Assembly (NCBI GenBank): GCA_964513765.1
Contig: CAZEPC010000066.1
Location: 1-14,908, forward strand
Direction: 5' to 3'
Source of the DNA: an uncultured archaeon
Lineage (GTDB): Archaea; Asgardarchaeota; Lokiarchaeia; Sigyniarchaeales; Promethearchaeaceae
DNA length: 14,908 nucleotides
This document shows positions 13,747-14,908 of this stretch, piece after piece. The translations under genes and the position numbers were made by a program. The notes under the pieces are model-generated. The model saw nothing but the letters and a program-made list of their open reading frames with translations, had not been told where the DNA came from and made no database searches. Positions within the stretch are counted from its first letter, which is position 1; every line of letters starts with the position of its first letter.

Positions 13747-13886
13747 GGAAGGATTCGAACTTTACGCTAAATTAATTTAAAAAAAGAGCTCAGATCTTTA
13801 ATAAATTTGTGTGTGATAGGGTATGAAATATTGATAACCAAAAAAGTGAGGATACGAAAAAATGTTTAAAAAATTCATTGAGTGTT

Positions 13887-14381
13887 TCAATGGGTAAAAT
13901 AACAGAAAATTTCATCATCGGAGATTTCCTTTGGACAAACGAACCCATAACGAACAAACTGGACAATCTCGTCCCTTGGGACTTCTCTCAAATTAGCCTC
14001 CCCATAGCCTTTTGTAATAGTCCCATCTGGCTGTAATATTTTCACATTTACATAATCATTTTCTGGAACTGCTTGAATTATTTTTCCGCTCTGACCTTTT
14101 TCAAAGGATTTGAATTCTGCCATAACCGGATCACCTAATGAAGATATTTCAACATCAAAAATATCCTTAAAGCGGATTATTTCACCGTTCTTAATTTTGG
14201 GTCGGGTGAGTTTTCCCTTGTAATTATATTCATCCTCCAATTCTTTTTCAGAAATGAAAAGACTTGATTGATTTTGTTTAATTCTAACATGAACATTCCT
14301 TGACCCTTTTGATTCATCATTTGGATTAGTATATTCTGTATCTAAAATCCAATGGTCTATTTGATTTGATATATATGTCAT
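13887..14381 (-). CDS. Stand-alone GluRS/GlnRS C-terminal anticodon-binding-domain-like protein (tRNA-synt_1c_C-like), no catalytic domain
   Basis: 164-aa ORF with an ATG start. The C-terminus 'VNVKILQPDGTITKGYGEANLREVPRDEIVQFVRYGFVCPKE..IFCYFTH' closely resembles the archaeal/eukaryotic-type GluRS C-terminal signature ('..G.aE..l..l..GdvVQFERfGFvRvD...vf.y.H'). No HIGH or KMSKS motif occurs in this ORF or its neighbour. Confidence 0.65.
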   Translation of the reverse strand: MTYISNQIDHWILDTEYTNPNDESKGSRNVHVRIKQNQSSLFISEKELEDEYNYKGKLTRPKIKNGEIIRFKDIFDVEISSLGDPVMAEFKSFEKGQSGKIIQAVPENDYVNVKILQPDGTITKGYGEANLREVPRDEIVQFVRYGFVCPKEISDDEIFCYFTH

Positions 14382-14383
14382 AA

Positions 14384-14908
14384 CTACAATCCAATTTGTG
14401 AAAATAAACTTTCTGCAATATTTTTAGATTGGATAAAAGATTCATCCCAATGCTTTTCCAATTGAGCTACTGGATTAATTCTTTCGCCTTCTATATTTAA
14501 ATCAAAATGGTCATTTACATTTAAAACAACTCCAAATTGAATTTTTTGGTCAGAAGGATTAACTCTTATCCTGCGGTTACCCCTTTCTCCATCTTTTCTT
14601 TTTGATTCGAAGATTTCTAAATTCAAAAGCTTGGGATTTTCCAAATTCTCTTTCCATAACTCCAGAGGCGTAAGGAAACTTCGTAATTCGTAAAATTTTT
14701 CCTCGTTAGGCATTTTAAAATCATAAATATGATTTAATCCTAACGCTCTAATTGGAGTTTCTCTTAAAATCTTAAAAACACTCATTGCCAAATCTTTCAA
14801 TGGTCCAAAATATGGCTCTTTTGAAGATTTAAATTCGCATCTCTCTTTGGTCATTTCTATTTTAGCCCAATCATCTATTTCAAATCTTACAATTTCTTTA
14901 TGAATTAA
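14384..14908 (-). CDS. Hypothetical protein, probably 5'-truncated by the window edge (weak resemblance to the TIGR04255 family)
   Basis: The track ORF starts at ATG 14854. The same frame stays open for all 18 codons up to the window end (..LIHKEIVRFEIDDWAKIE-MTKER..). Its stop lies 2 nt from the start of the downstream gene. 'IRALGLNHIYDF' is reminiscent of the 'RiGLRYiN' motif. The family call has low confidence. Confidence 0.55.
   Translation of the reverse strand, partial: LIHKEIVRFEIDDWAKIEMTKERCEFKSSKEPYFGPLKDLAMSVFKILRETPIRALGLNHIYDFKMPNEEKFYELRSFLTPLELWKENLENPKLLNLEIFESKRKDGERGNRRIRVNPSDQKIQFGVVLNVNDHFDLNIEGERINPVAQLEKHWDESFIQSKNIAESLFSQIGL

Noticed and set aside
13751-13760. 'ggattcgaac', which resembles a tRNA T-arm (GGTTCGAA)
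   Set aside because: No acceptor stem, D-arm or anticodon arm can be built from the flanking AT-rich sequence. It lies in the promoter/5' leader region of the 712-aa gene.
1-14908. Search for CRISPR arrays, IS elements/transposases, integrases, tRNA genes and prophage or defence-island hallmarks
   Set aside because: No regularly spaced direct repeats exist other than the 5S duplication. There are no terminal inverted repeats flanking an ORF, no recombinase-like ORFs and no GC-rich cloverleaf candidates.

Overview
All calls below come from reading the sequence and the ORF track by eye; no database searches were run. The window is AT-rich (about one-third GC by eye) and looks like archaeal chromosome. 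It is most consistent with an Asgard (Loki/Promethearchaeia-like) genome, but that assignment is an inference. It contains 11 credible protein genes, most on the minus strand, and two tandem stand-alone 5S rRNA genes. I saw no tRNA, CRISPR array, transposase or integrase. The housekeeping anchors are an archaeal 20S proteasome beta subunit and the 5S rRNA pair. The notable content is a cluster of eukaryote-signature-like genes. One is a Rab-like small GTPase with non-canonical G3 and G4 motifs. Another is an Arf/SR-beta-like GTPase with an N-terminal longin-like domain; it sits last in a tightly packed three-gene string behind a 712-aa zinc-ribbon/helical/beta-sandwich protein and an EamA transporter. 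The third is a 747-aa fusion of Roadblock/LC7, TPR-like repeats, a winged helix, coiled coil and a variant RING-H2. That gene lies next to the proteasome beta gene and is followed closely by a 2-TM miniprotein gene. The best candidate for an undescribed system is a small-GTPase/Roadblock-regulated RING E3 module linked to the proteasome. Other oddities are a cytosolic GH33-type sialidase (possible horizontal acquisition), an orphan NurA-like nuclease, a free-standing GluRS C-terminal anticodon-binding domain, and a 705-bp non-coding region with a motif array and terminator-like hairpins.
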